From: Clostridia bacterium
GTDB taxonomy: Bacteria > Bacillota > Clostridia > TANB77 > CAG-465
DNA: 64,000 nucleotides
Direction of reading: 5' to 3'
Assembly: GCA_045536565.1 (NCBI GenBank)
Contig: JAZSNU010000003.1
Location: 64,001 to 128,000 of the forward strand
Shown in pieces: positions 39,875 to 51,050 of this stretch. Both the position numbers and the translations under genes were made by a program. Numbering within the stretch: the first letter of the stretch is position 1; each line of letters opens with the position of its first letter. The notes beneath the pieces are model-generated. The model did not search any database. It had not been told where the DNA came from and saw nothing but the letters and a program-made list of their open reading frames with translations.

Positions 39875-41617
39875 TTGAAAGTATTATTTGGATTAAGTAA
39901 TGATGATACGGTTAAATCTATCGTAAAATTTTATGAAGAAACATATAAAGAAAAAATAGAATATAAGAATGTTTATTATTTTAAACAAGCTATACAAGAA
40001 GTGCATAATGGCGGATATGATAGGGTAGTATTACTAGAAGATTTAGAAAAATATCCTACCAATAACTATGCACAAATAGATGATTATATATTTAAAAATG
40101 TAGATAGTATAAGTGATGAATTTGATGCTAAACATATAATATTTGTTGCATCTGATAGAAGAAAACTTGGAGACTCATTTTTAGCAAAACTATTTAATCT
40201 TGGAATATATTCTGTACTTACAGGATCAAATAGAACAAAAAGTAAAGTTTGTGAAGTAATAAATAGTCCAAAAAAGAAAAAAGATGTTAAAAAATATTAT
40301 GAAGAAAGTCTGGATAAAAATGTATATAGCAAGGTTGAAGTGTCAGAAGTTGAGATACAAAGAATACTTGCATATTATAGAAATCAAGAAGGGAATACTA
40401 GCAAATATGTAGAAATATTTGATAGAATTTGTTCTCAATATACTAATGAGCAAATGAGAATAATTATACAATTTTTAGAGCCAAGCGTAAAACAATTCTT
40501 AGAACAAAATAGTGACAAATACAAAGCAATAGCAAATATGCCTTCTGCTGTTGTTCCACAAGTTGCGCAGCAACAACCTATAATAAACGAGAATGATAAA
40601 TCTAAAACAGAAGTTATAAAAATAGAAAAGCAACCAGAAATAGTAGAAAAGATTGTTGTTAAGCAAAGCAATCAACCAGCACCAGTTATAACCTCTGTTA
40701 TGGAAAAGGAAGTTGTAAAATCTGTTTATGAAGTGCCAAAAGATTATAAAAAAGTTGTTTGTATGATTGGTGCACCAAAGTCAGGTACAACTTTTTGTAT
40801 AAATGCTCTTGCTCACATGATGTATAAAAACGATGTAAGAACAGCAATAGTAGATATGACTAAAAAGAGAGATTCATACATATTATATACATATGATAAT
40901 GAAGGGAAAAGAGCAATAGCGGCAGAGAGTTTAAAATATGCTAGCAATGGCATGAACGAGCCACTTGTATATGGAAAACTTAGCATATATACATCTATGC
41001 CTGGCGAAGATAGAAAACAATATAATGCATCTAGATTAATTGAAACAGTTTCTCATCATAGTAATGTTGTTTTTGTAGATTGTGATTTTTCTACTCCAGC
41101 AGATTATTATAGATTAGCTCAAGAAATATATGTTGTTCAAGATATGGATATTTTAAATATAAACCAAATAACAATGTTTTTAAGAGAACTTAAATCAAGA
41201 GGAATACCTATGAGTAAGGTTAAGATTGTTATAAACAAGCATGTTAGATGCGCCCTTACTTCAAAGGATATTATAGATGGAATAGCAACATATACAAGTC
41301 CTGATTTAAGGATGTATGATGAGTTATTCCCAGCAAGTGAAATGCAATATTTTATATTACCTTTTGATCAAGAAAATTATGCTAAATATGTAGAAATGAT
41401 GTATAAATACACTAATACTTTATCTACTTTTACAAAAGATTTTAGAGATAATTTAGCATCACTTGCAAACAGCATATATCCAATTGGTATAGCTAAATCA
41501 TCAGGTGGGCAAACATATAAAAAGAGTAGATCTAGTGCATTTAAGAATTTATTCAAAGCTGAAAAAATAACAATGATTGATAAAGAAAGTTCAGGGTTCG
41601 AAAAGGTAGTTAAATAA
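39875..41617 (+). CDS. CpaE/TadZ/MinD-like P-loop protein with an N-terminal receiver-like domain
   Basis: Deviant Walker A GAPKSGTT, AIVD, VFVDCD, IVINK; Q/P-rich linker. Confidence 0.6.
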   Translation: MKVLFGLSNDDTVKSIVKFYEETYKEKIEYKNVYYFKQAIQEVHNGGYDRVVLLEDLEKYPTNNYAQIDDYIFKNVDSISDEFDAKHIIFVASDRRKLGDSFLAKLFNLGIYSVLTGSNRTKSKVCEVINSPKKKKDVKKYYEESLDKNVYSKVEVSEVEIQRILAYYRNQEGNTSKYVEIFDRICSQYTNEQMRIIIQFLEPSVKQFLEQNSDKYKAIANMPSAVVPQVAQQQPIINENDKSKTEVIKIEKQPEIVEKIVVKQSNQPAPVITSVMEKEVVKSVYEVPKDYKKVVCMIGAPKSGTTFCINALAHMMYKNDVRTAIVDMTKKRDSYILYTYDNEGKRAIAAESLKYASNGMNEPLVYGKLSIYTSMPGEDRKQYNASRLIETVSHHSNVVFVDCDFSTPADYYRLAQEIYVVQDMDILNINQITMFLRELKSRGIPMSKVKIVINKHVRCALTSKDIIDGIATYTSPDLRMYDELFPASEMQYFILPFDQENYAKYVEMMYKYTNTLSTFTKDFRDNLASLANSIYPIGIAKSSGGQTYKKSRSSAFKNLFKAEKITMIDKESSGFEKVVK

Positions 41618-41647
41618 TCAAATGAGAAAAAATATAGGAGAGATAAT

Positions 41648-42709
41648 ATGGGAATTTTAGTAATATTTCTTTTAATAGTTATAACTGCGTTAATAGTTAT
41701 ATTGTACATAAAATTAACACAAATAAAATATTACAAAGCAGTAGCAGGTAATATGGCAGCTATGACAGTAATGCAAAGGATGTTTGAAATAATGGCTTCA
41801 AATATACCGGCTAAAAACAAAATAGAAGAACTTAATAAAATTATAATAGATGTATTTGATTCTAAATATTCAACAATATCAATTTTTGATGGAACAGAAT
41901 ACGAAGTAAAGGCGACAAATGTTGAAAATTCTTATGTAGATAGTATAGGCGCTATAGCAGAAGAAAATGACTTTAAAGCAAATGCAAAAAATAATGTATC
42001 AAAATATTTGGTAGCTGCTGGGCCAAGAGTTCTTGGATACAAGTCAGCAGCAGAAAGAAAGATAAAATCTGCGATGTTTTCACCTATCTATTATAACGGA
42101 ACATATTTAGGATTTTGGCTTATGGAAGATAATATAGAGGATGCTTACGAATCAGTTTCAAAAGATGAACTTGCTAAATTAAAGGATAATATAGGTGTAT
42201 TTATTGAAAATATAAAAGACCAAGAAAATTTAGAAAATGCATATAATACTGATAGGCAAACTGGTTTCTATAACAATATATATCTATATTCTAATGTTAG
42301 ACAACAAATAAGTTTAACAGAAAATTCAGCATTAATCCTTATATCTTTCTCTGGACTTGCAAATATAAATGAAGAGAGTGGTAGAGAAGTGGGAGATAAT
42401 CTTTTATTAAAAGCAACAAGGCTATTAAAAGAAACTATTCCACCAGAAAATATATTTATAAGGCATACAGGAAGTAGATTTGTTGTTGTATGTCCAGGGG
42501 CAAGTGTGGAGACTGTTCATGGTACTATTGAAAGATTTTTAAGTAATTTGAATTATCAAAGAGAGAATGTAAATGGAAAAGAAGTAACTCTTGATACTCA
42601 AATATTAATGCATACTATAAAAAAACAAAGTAATATAGAAAAAGAAATAAATAAAATGAATGCATATTTAGAAGGCATGAAGGAAGTAAATTCGATTAAA
42701 ATAATTTAG
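41648..42709 (+). CDS. TM + GAF-like + degenerate GGDEF domain protein
   Basis: TDRQTGFYN, INEESGREVGDNLL; signature motif replaced by RHTGSRF. Confidence 0.72.
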   Translation: MGILVIFLLIVITALIVILYIKLTQIKYYKAVAGNMAAMTVMQRMFEIMASNIPAKNKIEELNKIIIDVFDSKYSTISIFDGTEYEVKATNVENSYVDSIGAIAEENDFKANAKNNVSKYLVAAGPRVLGYKSAAERKIKSAMFSPIYYNGTYLGFWLMEDNIEDAYESVSKDELAKLKDNIGVFIENIKDQENLENAYNTDRQTGFYNNIYLYSNVRQQISLTENSALILISFSGLANINEESGREVGDNLLLKATRLLKETIPPENIFIRHTGSRFVVVCPGASVETVHGTIERFLSNLNYQRENVNGKEVTLDTQILMHTIKKQSNIEKEINKMNAYLEGMKEVNSIKII

Positions 42710-42742
42710 TTATTTTAATATATAGGAAAGGATGGGATAAAT

Positions 42743-42991
42743 ATGGAACAAAACACAACATTATTTAATCCACAAAAAGAAGAATCAAAAAGAGTAAGAG
42801 AAATAATGGATGAGGTAGTAGTAGCATTAAAAGATAAAGGCTATGAACCTATAAGCCAAATAGTTGGATATATATTATCAGGAGATCCAACATATATAAC
42901 TTCTCATAATTCAGCAAGAGCTTTAATTTGCAAAATAGAAAGAGATGAATTATTAGAAGAAATGGTGAAGGGATATATTAACAATGGGTAA
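42743..42991 (+). CDS. IreB/ReoM family regulatory phosphoprotein
   Basis: [28 protein letters not shown]. Confidence 0.93.
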   Translation: MEQNTTLFNPQKEESKRVREIMDEVVVALKDKGYEPISQIVGYILSGDPTYITSHNSARALICKIERDELLEEMVKGYINNG

Positions 42992-43406
42992 GATTTTATC
43001 AATAGATTATGGAGAAGTAAGAGTAGGTCTTGCTATGAGTGATGCGACAAATACAATCGCTACTGGATTAGATACTCTTGTTATCGATAGAGATAAAACT
43101 AAATTATATGACAAAATAAAAGAATTGTTAGAAAATAACAATATAGACAAAATAGTTATAGGTTATCCTAAAAACATGAATGGAACTTTATCTAAAAAAA
43201 CAGAGGAAGTAGATGAAGTTATAGAAATGCTTAAACCATTAAATGTAGAAATAGTAAAATGGGATGAAAGACTAACTACTGTTTCTGCATATTCTACAAT
43301 GAAAGCACTTGGTATTAAGCAAACACAAAAAAACAAGTACGCGGATAAACTTGCTGCATCGTCAATATTACAAGATTACTTGGACTATTTACGAAGTAGA
43401 ATATAA
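42984..43406 (+). CDS. ruvX: YqgF/RuvX pre-16S rRNA nuclease
   Basis: [29 protein letters not shown]. Confidence 0.93.
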   Translation: MGKILSIDYGEVRVGLAMSDATNTIATGLDTLVIDRDKTKLYDKIKELLENNNIDKIVIGYPKNMNGTLSKKTEEVDEVIEMLKPLNVEIVKWDERLTTVSAYSTMKALGIKQTQKNKYADKLAASSILQDYLDYLRSRI

Positions 43407-43453
43407 ATAAATTATCTGCAAATAATATACATATAAATTAGGAGGAATTTAAA

Positions 43454-43801
43454 ATGGAAGAAAAAGAAATAGGATGCGCAGGTTCTTGTGAATCTTGTCA
43501 CTGTTGTTCACATGATCATGAACATGATGTAGAAGAAATGGAATTAGAATTAGAAGATGGTATATTAACATTTACTGATGAAGAAGGAAATGATGTTGAT
43601 TTCCAAATACTAGATGCATTAACAGTTGATGAAAAACAATATTTAGTTGTTATGCCTTGTTCAGAGGATGAAGAAGATGCTGGTGTAATAATTCTTGAAA
43701 TAAAAGAAGAAGATGGCGAAGAAGTTTATGACACTGTTATAGATGATGAAGAAGCTGAAAAAGTATTTGAAGAATTTAAAAAATCAAACGAATTAGAATA
43801 A
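43454..43801 (+). CDS. DUF1292 protein with a Cys/His-rich N-terminus
   Basis: ILTFTDEEGNDVDF...YLVVMP; conserved position after ruvX. Confidence 0.85.
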   Translation: MEEKEIGCAGSCESCHCCSHDHEHDVEEMELELEDGILTFTDEEGNDVDFQILDALTVDEKQYLVVMPCSEDEEDAGVIILEIKEEDGEEVYDTVIDDEEAEKVFEEFKKSNELE

Positions 43802-43970
43802 AAATAAAATTGTGTAAGTAAAAGTCTTGCACAATTTTTATTTTTGTGTTTTGTTTTAAATTATGTAAATATATCGTTCTACACTTGACCTAGACTGCTC
43901 AAGGGTGTTATACTATTATGGAAAAAATAATTAATCAGTTATAATAATTTATATCTAAGGAGGAAAAAAT

Positions 43971-44471
43971 ATGGTAACTTTTATTGCGTGTTGTACTTTC
44001 TTTATTCTTATAGGTGTTAATATATATGGTTATATAGCATATCAAAACAAAATTTCAGAATTAATAATAGATTGTGATGAAGTAAAACTTCGGAATGTGA
44101 TCTTGTTTTCTAATGAGGATATAGCCAAGGCTATTAGAAAAAGACTTGATAAAGGCGAAAAATTTGTTAAGATATACTATTTTAATAAACACTATATAAA
44201 GATAAACGACACAGAAGGTAAAGAATGTATTAAGCGAAGAATTGAAGATATACAAGATTTTCTTATCGAGAAATCAGATTTGAATTTGGATAATTCTCTT
44301 ATAAATAACAAAATAGATGAGAGAATTATGGAAGTATGGATTGATTATGGATATAATCAAAGATATAGAAGAATTTTTAGAACTGAACTTGAAGACATGA
44401 TAGAAACAGAAAAAATTTCTAATTCCACATATAACCAAATATATCGTAGATTCTATAAGTTTGAAAAGTAA
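43971..44471 (+). CDS. Hypothetical membrane-anchored protein
   Basis: SD AAGGAGG, N-terminal TM, flanking hairpin terminators. Confidence 0.7.
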   Translation: MVTFIACCTFFILIGVNIYGYIAYQNKISELIIDCDEVKLRNVILFSNEDIAKAIRKRLDKGEKFVKIYYFNKHYIKINDTEGKECIKRRIEDIQDFLIEKSDLNLDNSLINNKIDERIMEVWIDYGYNQRYRRIFRTELEDMIETEKISNSTYNQIYRRFYKFEK

Positions 44472-44616
44472 CAAATTAGACTAGCAAATGCTAGTCTTTT
44501 GTTATATATATAATATATTTAGTAGTGAATTTTTAGTGAAATTAGAAATTTTACTATTTTTTTATGACTAAATATGGTAAAATATACTAGTAGGAATTTA
44601 TTAGGAGATTAGAAAT

Positions 44617-45888
44617 ATGTATAATTTAACAAAACAATTATGTGATATATATAGTATTGATTACAAGTATATAGATTTAGATAAAAAAATAGAATGTGAT
44701 TTAGAGAATGTATTTGAACATATATCAGATATAGCGATGTACAACCAAGCAAAAGTACATAGTGCATTTTTAAATAACAAAGTAAGTGAAGTACATTTTG
44801 GAAAGACAACTGGTTATGGTTATGATGACATAGGAAGAGAAACAATTGACAGAATATATGCAGATATATTTAAAGCAGAAGATGCTATGGTAAGAATACA
44901 ATTTGTAAATGGAACACATGCATTATCTACTGCTTTAATGTGTAGTTTAAGAAACGGAGATACACTTCTTAGTATTACAGGAGATCCATATGATACTCTA
45001 ATGGAGACAGTTGGAAATGAGAATAAAGTGGGTTCTCTTGTATGGCATGGAGTAAAATATGACCGTATAGATTTAGTAGATAATGATTTTGATTATGTTA
45101 GAATAAAAGAATATATTGAAAATAACAAAGTAAGCATGATATTTATTGGAAGATCAAGAGGATATACATCAAGAAAATCTATAACTATTTCTAAAATGGA
45201 GAAGGTTATACAATATATAAAAGAAATAGATAGTAGTATAAATATAATGGTAGATAATTGCTATGGTGAATTTGTGGAAACAAGAGAACCTACCGAGGTG
45301 GGTGCAGATATCATGGCAGGAAGTCTAATCAAAAACATAGGTGGTAGTTTATGTGAAACAGGTGGATATATTGCCGGTAGAAAAGATTTAGTTGAGCTTG
45401 CAGCAGAAAGACTTACAGCACCTGGAATTGGTAAAGAATGTGGTGCGACACTTGGAAAGAATAAAGAAATCCTTCAAGGGCTATATATGGCACCAGCTAT
45501 TGTTAAAAATGCATTAATGTCAGTTATATATTCAGCGCGACTAATGCAAGAAATTGGTATAAAAGCAGATCCTTTATATAATGAAGAAAGAACAGACATA
45601 GTACAACAAATAGAATTAAATGATAAAGACAAATTGATTAAATTTATACAAGGCATACAAAAACAAAGTCCAGTAGATAGTTTCGTACTTCCAGAGCCTT
45701 GGGCAATGCCAGGTTATTCTGATGAAGTTATAATGGCAGCAGGCACTTTTGTATCAGGAGCATCAATAGAACTTTCAGCTGATGCTCCAATTAAAGCACC
45801 ATATATAGCATATTTGCAAGGCGGAATAACTTATGAGTCAGCAAAAATGTCAATACTTCTTGCTTGTATAAATATGTTAGGAGAATAA
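44617..45888 (+). CDS. YnbB / aluminium-resistance family PLP-dependent (methionine gamma-lyase-like) enzyme
   Basis: TTGYGYDDIGR, VNGTHAL, VDNCYGEFVE, AGSLIKN, ASIELSADAP. Confidence 0.92.
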   Translation: MYNLTKQLCDIYSIDYKYIDLDKKIECDLENVFEHISDIAMYNQAKVHSAFLNNKVSEVHFGKTTGYGYDDIGRETIDRIYADIFKAEDAMVRIQFVNGTHALSTALMCSLRNGDTLLSITGDPYDTLMETVGNENKVGSLVWHGVKYDRIDLVDNDFDYVRIKEYIENNKVSMIFIGRSRGYTSRKSITISKMEKVIQYIKEIDSSINIMVDNCYGEFVETREPTEVGADIMAGSLIKNIGGSLCETGGYIAGRKDLVELAAERLTAPGIGKECGATLGKNKEILQGLYMAPAIVKNALMSVIYSARLMQEIGIKADPLYNEERTDIVQQIELNDKDKLIKFIQGIQKQSPVDSFVLPEPWAMPGYSDEVIMAAGTFVSGASIELSADAPIKAPYIAYLQGGITYESAKMSILLACINMLGE

Positions 45889-45890
45889 TT

Positions 45891-47150
45891 ATGAGCAAGG
45901 TTATTGTAATAGGTGCCGGGCCTGCCGGCTGTATGGCTGCTCTTATGGCTAAACAAAATGGTCATGATGTTTGTATTTTAGAGAAGAATAATATAATTGG
46001 TAAGAAATTAAACATAACTGGAAAAGGTAGATGTAATGTCACATACAAAGGGGATAACCAAGATTTTTTAAATAATGTTGTAAACAATTCTAAATTTTTA
46101 ATGAGTACAATTAATACCTTTAATAATGAAGATTTAATTAATTATCTAAGCAATCTAGGTGTAGAAACAAAGTTAGAAAGAGGAAATAGAATATTCTTAA
46201 AATCGGATAATGCAGAAGAACTATCTAGTAAGTTGTATAATAAATTAAAAAGTGAGAATATACAAATAAAATTTAATAAAGTAGCAAGTCAAGTTATAAC
46301 AGAAGATGGCAAGGTAACTGGCATAAAAATACTGGATTCAGAAATAATAAATTGTGATAGTTTAGTTATTTCAACTGGTGGCAAAAGTTATCCAGCAACA
46401 GGAAGTACAGGTGATGGATACAGTTTAGCAGAAAATGTAGGACATAGTATAAACAAAATATTACCAGCACTTGTTCCAATGAAAGTATATAATGTAAATG
46501 AATGTGAATTACTTCAAGGACTTACACTAAAAAATATTAAAATGAAAATATTAGATAGTGAAAATCCTAAAAAGCCTTTATATGAAGATTTTGGAGAACT
46601 ACTATTTACTCATTTTGGAATAAGTGGCCCAACAGTGCTTAGTGCAAGTAGTAAAATAAATAGAGTAAAGGATATTAATAGAAAATTAAGTGAGAGAAAA
46701 ATAAAATGTATTATTGATTTAAAACCTGCATTATCGCATGATGAATTATATAAAAGAGTTTACAGAGATTTTGAAAAATATACTAATAAAGAATATAAAA
46801 ATAGTTTAGATGATTTACTTCCAAAAAGCCTTATCCCTATTGTTGTAAATCGTACTAATATTCCATGTGATAAAAAGGTACATCAGATAACAAAGGAAGA
46901 AAGACAAAAAATTGTAAATGCTATTAAAGAATTTGATTTGGATATAAAGGCTATGTATCCCGTAGAAACTGGTATTGTAACAGCAGGTGGAATAAATGTT
47001 AAGGAAATAAATCCTAAAACTATGGAATCAAAAATAGTAAATGGCTTGTATTTTGCAGGTGAAGTTATAGATGTAGATGCATATACAGGTGGATATAACT
47101 TGCAAATAGCATTTTCTACTGGCTATGTTGCAGGAAATAGTATAAAATAA
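45891..47150 (+). CDS. HI0933/BaiN family flavoprotein
   Basis: GAGPAG, TGKGRCNVT, GGKSYPATGSTGDGY, LFTHFGISGP, TGGYNLQIAF. Confidence 0.93.
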   Translation: MSKVIVIGAGPAGCMAALMAKQNGHDVCILEKNNIIGKKLNITGKGRCNVTYKGDNQDFLNNVVNNSKFLMSTINTFNNEDLINYLSNLGVETKLERGNRIFLKSDNAEELSSKLYNKLKSENIQIKFNKVASQVITEDGKVTGIKILDSEIINCDSLVISTGGKSYPATGSTGDGYSLAENVGHSINKILPALVPMKVYNVNECELLQGLTLKNIKMKILDSENPKKPLYEDFGELLFTHFGISGPTVLSASSKINRVKDINRKLSERKIKCIIDLKPALSHDELYKRVYRDFEKYTNKEYKNSLDDLLPKSLIPIVVNRTNIPCDKKVHQITKEERQKIVNAIKEFDLDIKAMYPVETGIVTAGGINVKEINPKTMESKIVNGLYFAGEVIDVDAYTGGYNLQIAFSTGYVAGNSIK

Positions 47151-47171
47151 TTGTAATAGGAGGAAGATAAA

Positions 47172-48308
47172 ATGGAAAAAAAGGAAAAAGAAATGCCAAC
47201 ATATATTGTAAATAAAAAGGAGAAGAAAACTAGCACAAATACTCTTTTAATATTAGTAGTAGCATTAATAGGAGGAGTAATAGGGTCTTTTATTACAAGT
47301 GTGTTTGTAAACAACAATAGCGATGTAAAGCAAGTTATAAATGGAATAACAAACAAATATGAAATAGTAGAAACTGATAGTCCAGTAGTTGCAATTGCTG
47401 CAAAGGTATCGCCATCTGTTGTAGGAATTAAAGTTACATATTCTTATGAAATATTTAGAGGATTTTCTACTGAAACAGAAGGAGAAGGTTCTGGAATTAT
47501 ATATAGCGAAGATGGATATATAGTTACAAATTACCATGTAATAGAAGAAGCAATAGATGATGAAAAAGCAAAAGTTGAAGTAGCACTTGCAGGTAGCGAA
47601 GAATGGATTGAAGCAAAAATAATAGGACATGATGAAATAACAGACCTAGCCGTTATAAAAATAGAAAAGACAGGATTACAAGCAGCAGATTTTGGAACAT
47701 CAAACGATTTAAAAGTTGGTGATATCGCAGTTGCAATTGGAAATCCGTTAGGCTCAGAATTTGCAGGAACAGTTACATCTGGTGTTATATCAGCTTTAAA
47801 TAGAAGTGTTACAACTGATGGAAGAACATATAAACTAATTCAAACAGATGCAGCAATAAATACAGGAAATAGCGGTGGAGCGTTAGCAAATAGTAAAGGC
47901 CAAGTAATAGGAATAAATACAGTTAAAATAGTTGCAACAGGTGTTGAAGGAATAGGTTTTGCCATTCCAAGTGATGAAGCCGTTCCAATTATAAAAGAAT
48001 TAATTGAGAATAAAAAAATATCAAGACCAAACATAGGTATAGCAGGAATAAATGTAACAGAGCAGATAGCCAAAGCATATAATATGACAGTTGGAATCTA
48101 TGTAAGCGAAGTTTTAGAAGGTGGCCCAGCAGAAAAAGCAGGGTTTAAACCAGGTGACATTATAATAAAAGCAGAAGAAAAAGAAATAAAAACAATGGAA
48201 GAATTAAATGTAATTAAGTATAAATACAAAATAGGAGATACATTTAAAGTTACAGTTTTAAGAGATTCAAAAGAAGTAGAGTTAAGTGTAGTATTAGGAG
48301 AAGAATAA
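47172..48308 (+). CDS. htrA: HtrA/DegP-family serine protease
   Basis: TNYHV, DLAVIK, IQTDAAINTGNSGG, PDZ domain. Confidence 0.92.
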   Translation: MEKKEKEMPTYIVNKKEKKTSTNTLLILVVALIGGVIGSFITSVFVNNNSDVKQVINGITNKYEIVETDSPVVAIAAKVSPSVVGIKVTYSYEIFRGFSTETEGEGSGIIYSEDGYIVTNYHVIEEAIDDEKAKVEVALAGSEEWIEAKIIGHDEITDLAVIKIEKTGLQAADFGTSNDLKVGDIAVAIGNPLGSEFAGTVTSGVISALNRSVTTDGRTYKLIQTDAAINTGNSGGALANSKGQVIGINTVKIVATGVEGIGFAIPSDEAVPIIKELIENKKISRPNIGIAGINVTEQIAKAYNMTVGIYVSEVLEGGPAEKAGFKPGDIIIKAEEKEIKTMEELNVIKYKYKIGDTFKVTVLRDSKEVELSVVLGEE

Positions 48309-48312
48309 TTTA

Positions 48313-48912
48313 ATGGATAAAAGAGAATTTATTCCGAAAAGTAAAGAAAGTATTGGAAACATAAGAGGATATAGTTATATATCCTCTGGATTATATGAAG
48401 AGAAAAAGTCAAAATTTTATTCGTATATATTTAAAATAGAAGATAAGAAAAAAGCAGAAGAAATTTTAAAGAATGTAAGAGAAGAATACAAAGATGCAAG
48501 ACATGTAGTATATGCATATGTAATAGGAAATGAGTATAAATATTCTGATGATGGGGAACCTTCTGGTACAGCAGGTAAAATGATATATTCACTCTTAGAA
48601 AAGCAAAATATAACAAACATCCTAGTTATTGTTATAAGATATTTTGGAGGAATATTACTTGGTGCAGGTCCTTTATCTAGGGCGTATTTAAAGGCAGTAA
48701 AAAGTGCAGAAGAAGAAACTGATAGTATAGAATACATACCTAAAACTATATGCAAATTAGAATGTGAATATAACGAAGAGGGTAGTCTTAAAAATATATT
48801 AGAAAACACAAAAGCAGTCATTTTAAATGTAAATTATGGCGAAAAAATAGAGTATGAAATAATGGTATCTGAAAAAGATATAAATTCATTTAATAAATAT
48901 CAAAAAAGTTAA
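48313..48912 (+). CDS. YigZ/IMPACT family protein
   Basis: KKSKF, SDDGEPSGTAG, RYFGGILLGAG. Confidence 0.92.
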   Translation: MDKREFIPKSKESIGNIRGYSYISSGLYEEKKSKFYSYIFKIEDKKKAEEILKNVREEYKDARHVVYAYVIGNEYKYSDDGEPSGTAGKMIYSLLEKQNITNILVIVIRYFGGILLGAGPLSRAYLKAVKSAEEETDSIEYIPKTICKLECEYNEEGSLKNILENTKAVILNVNYGEKIEYEIMVSEKDINSFNKYQKS

Positions 48913-49065
48913 GAAAATACTAAAATTATGTAGAAAAAGAATATACATATTGGTATTTTCTTTTTTTAGACAAAAGTCGATGGAAAAAATTAACAAAAAC
49001 ACTTGAAAAAGCATGAAATAGAATGTATAATAAGCACATCGTTTGGAAAAATATGGGAGGTAAAT

Positions 49066-49881
49066 ATGGACGAAAAATTGAAAATAATGGTCGTAGATGA
49101 TAATAAAGAATTTGTGAAGATACTAACGATGTTTGTAAACGGAGAAAAAGACATGGAAGTTGTTTGTAGTGCTTATGATGGATTAAATGTGGTTAATATG
49201 ATAAAAGAATATAATCCAAACGTAATTCTTTTGGATATAATCATGCCTGAAAAAGATGGACTAGCAGTTCTAGAAGAGATTCATGAAAAAATTGAAAACA
49301 AACCGCTGATAGTTATGATGTCTGCAATTGGACAAGAAAAGATTACTCAAAAAGCATTGTCTTTGGGTGCAATGTACTATGTTGTAAAACCATTTGATTT
49401 AGCAACATTAACTGATAGACTAAGAGAATTAGTTGGAAATACAAGTAGTGCAGTTTATGAGAGAGGTCATTCGGAGTATATGTTTAAGGGTCAATCTAAA
49501 TCTAAAAAAGTACCACCAATCGAAGTAAGAGTTACAAATTTAATTCATGATGTAGGAGTACCTGCACATATAAAAGGATATCAATATTTAAGAGAAGCAA
49601 TAATAATGTCAGTAGAAAATGAAGAAATAATAAACGCAGTAACAAAAACACTTTATCCTAGTTTAGCAAAGACTTTTAAAACTACACCATCAAGAGTTGA
49701 AAGAGCTATAAGACACGCAATAGAAGTAGCTTGGAATAGAGGTCAAATTGAAGTTCATGATAAAATATTTGGATATACAGTAAATTCAAATAAAGGTAAA
49801 CCAACAAATTCGGAATTTATAGCAATGCTAGCAGATATGCTTAGAATGGAAGTATTTGAAACAAGCGAAGCGGTAGTATAG
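49066..49881 (+). CDS. spo0A: Sporulation master regulator Spo0A
   Basis: Receiver LLDIIMP; [43 protein letters not shown]. Confidence 0.98.
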   Translation: MDEKLKIMVVDDNKEFVKILTMFVNGEKDMEVVCSAYDGLNVVNMIKEYNPNVILLDIIMPEKDGLAVLEEIHEKIENKPLIVMMSAIGQEKITQKALSLGAMYYVVKPFDLATLTDRLRELVGNTSSAVYERGHSEYMFKGQSKSKKVPPIEVRVTNLIHDVGVPAHIKGYQYLREAIIMSVENEEIINAVTKTLYPSLAKTFKTTPSRVERAIRHAIEVAWNRGQIEVHDKIFGYTVNSNKGKPTNSEFIAMLADMLRMEVFETSEAVV

Positions 49882-50001
49882 AATAATTTTTTCGTTTAAT
49901 GGAAGATAATAAATTTATCTTCTATTTTTTTTATGCTTTTTTTAGGACAAACAGTTCTAAAAAATATAACAGATGAATATATATGTTTTAGGTGATAAGC
50001 A

Positions 50002-51036
50002 TTGAATAAGAAGTACATAGTATATTATGCAATTTTTTGTATTTTAATAATGTTATCTTTAATTGTTTCAATGCTAGCGATTAAAAAATGGGAGGACAAA
50101 AATAATGATAATGAAAAAACAAAAGAAGAAATAGATGAGGTGAAAAAATATCAATTAGAAAATAAAGTTCCAAAAGAAATAAAAGTCAAAATAAGCAAAA
50201 CAGGTGAAATATTAACGATGGATATAGATGATTACTTAAAAGGAGTTGTACCTTCTGAAATGCCACCATCATATGAAATTGAAGCATTAAAAGCACAAGC
50301 AGTAGTAGCAAGAACATATACGTTTGAAAAGATGCAGGCAGGATCACATAAAGAATTTGATATATGTGATAACTATGCATGCTGTCAAGCATATTACAAT
50401 AAGGAAAAAATACTAGAAATATGGGCAGGGAGAGGTTTTGATGAAAATCTTAGAAAAACATATTGGTCTAAGGTAGAAGAAGCAGTAGATAGTACAAACA
50501 ATATTGTAATAACATACAAAGGTGAATATATAAAAGCATATTTTCATGCAAATAGTGGTGGAATGACAGAATCTTCTACTGAAATATGGGGAAAACAAAA
50601 CATACCATATTTAGTACCTGTGGAAAGTTTAGGTGAAGAAGAACATCAATATTATGAAACAGAAGTAAAGCTAACTATAGATGAGTTAGAACAAAAACTA
50701 AATAAAGGAAGTGATATAGAGTGCACAGTAGATATAAATAAGGAAAATAATATAGAAATACTAGATTATACCGTAAGTGGTAGAGTATCAAATATACGAA
50801 TAGGAAATAACATATATGAGGGCACAGATATAAGGACAAAATTAGGATTGAAATCCACTAATTTTACAGTGGAAACTGTGGATAACAATGTTGTATTTAA
50901 AGTAAAAGGTTATGGTCATGGACTTGGCATGAGTCAAACAGGTAGTAACTATTATGCTAGAAATGGATATACATATGATGCAATTATAAAACACTATTAT
51001 ACAGGTGTTGATATAACAAAAGCAGAGGAAAATTAA
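50002..51036 (+). CDS. spoIID: Stage II sporulation protein D
   Basis: YLKGVVPSEMP, EALKAQAVVARTY, GYGHGLGMSQ. Confidence 0.93.
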   Translation: MNKKYIVYYAIFCILIMLSLIVSMLAIKKWEDKNNDNEKTKEEIDEVKKYQLENKVPKEIKVKISKTGEILTMDIDDYLKGVVPSEMPPSYEIEALKAQAVVARTYTFEKMQAGSHKEFDICDNYACCQAYYNKEKILEIWAGRGFDENLRKTYWSKVEEAVDSTNNIVITYKGEYIKAYFHANSGGMTESSTEIWGKQNIPYLVPVESLGEEEHQYYETEVKLTIDELEQKLNKGSDIECTVDINKENNIEILDYTVSGRVSNIRIGNNIYEGTDIRTKLGLKSTNFTVETVDNNVVFKVKGYGHGLGMSQTGSNYYARNGYTYDAIIKHYYTGVDITKAEEN

Positions 51037-51050
51037 ATGGAGGGATACAA

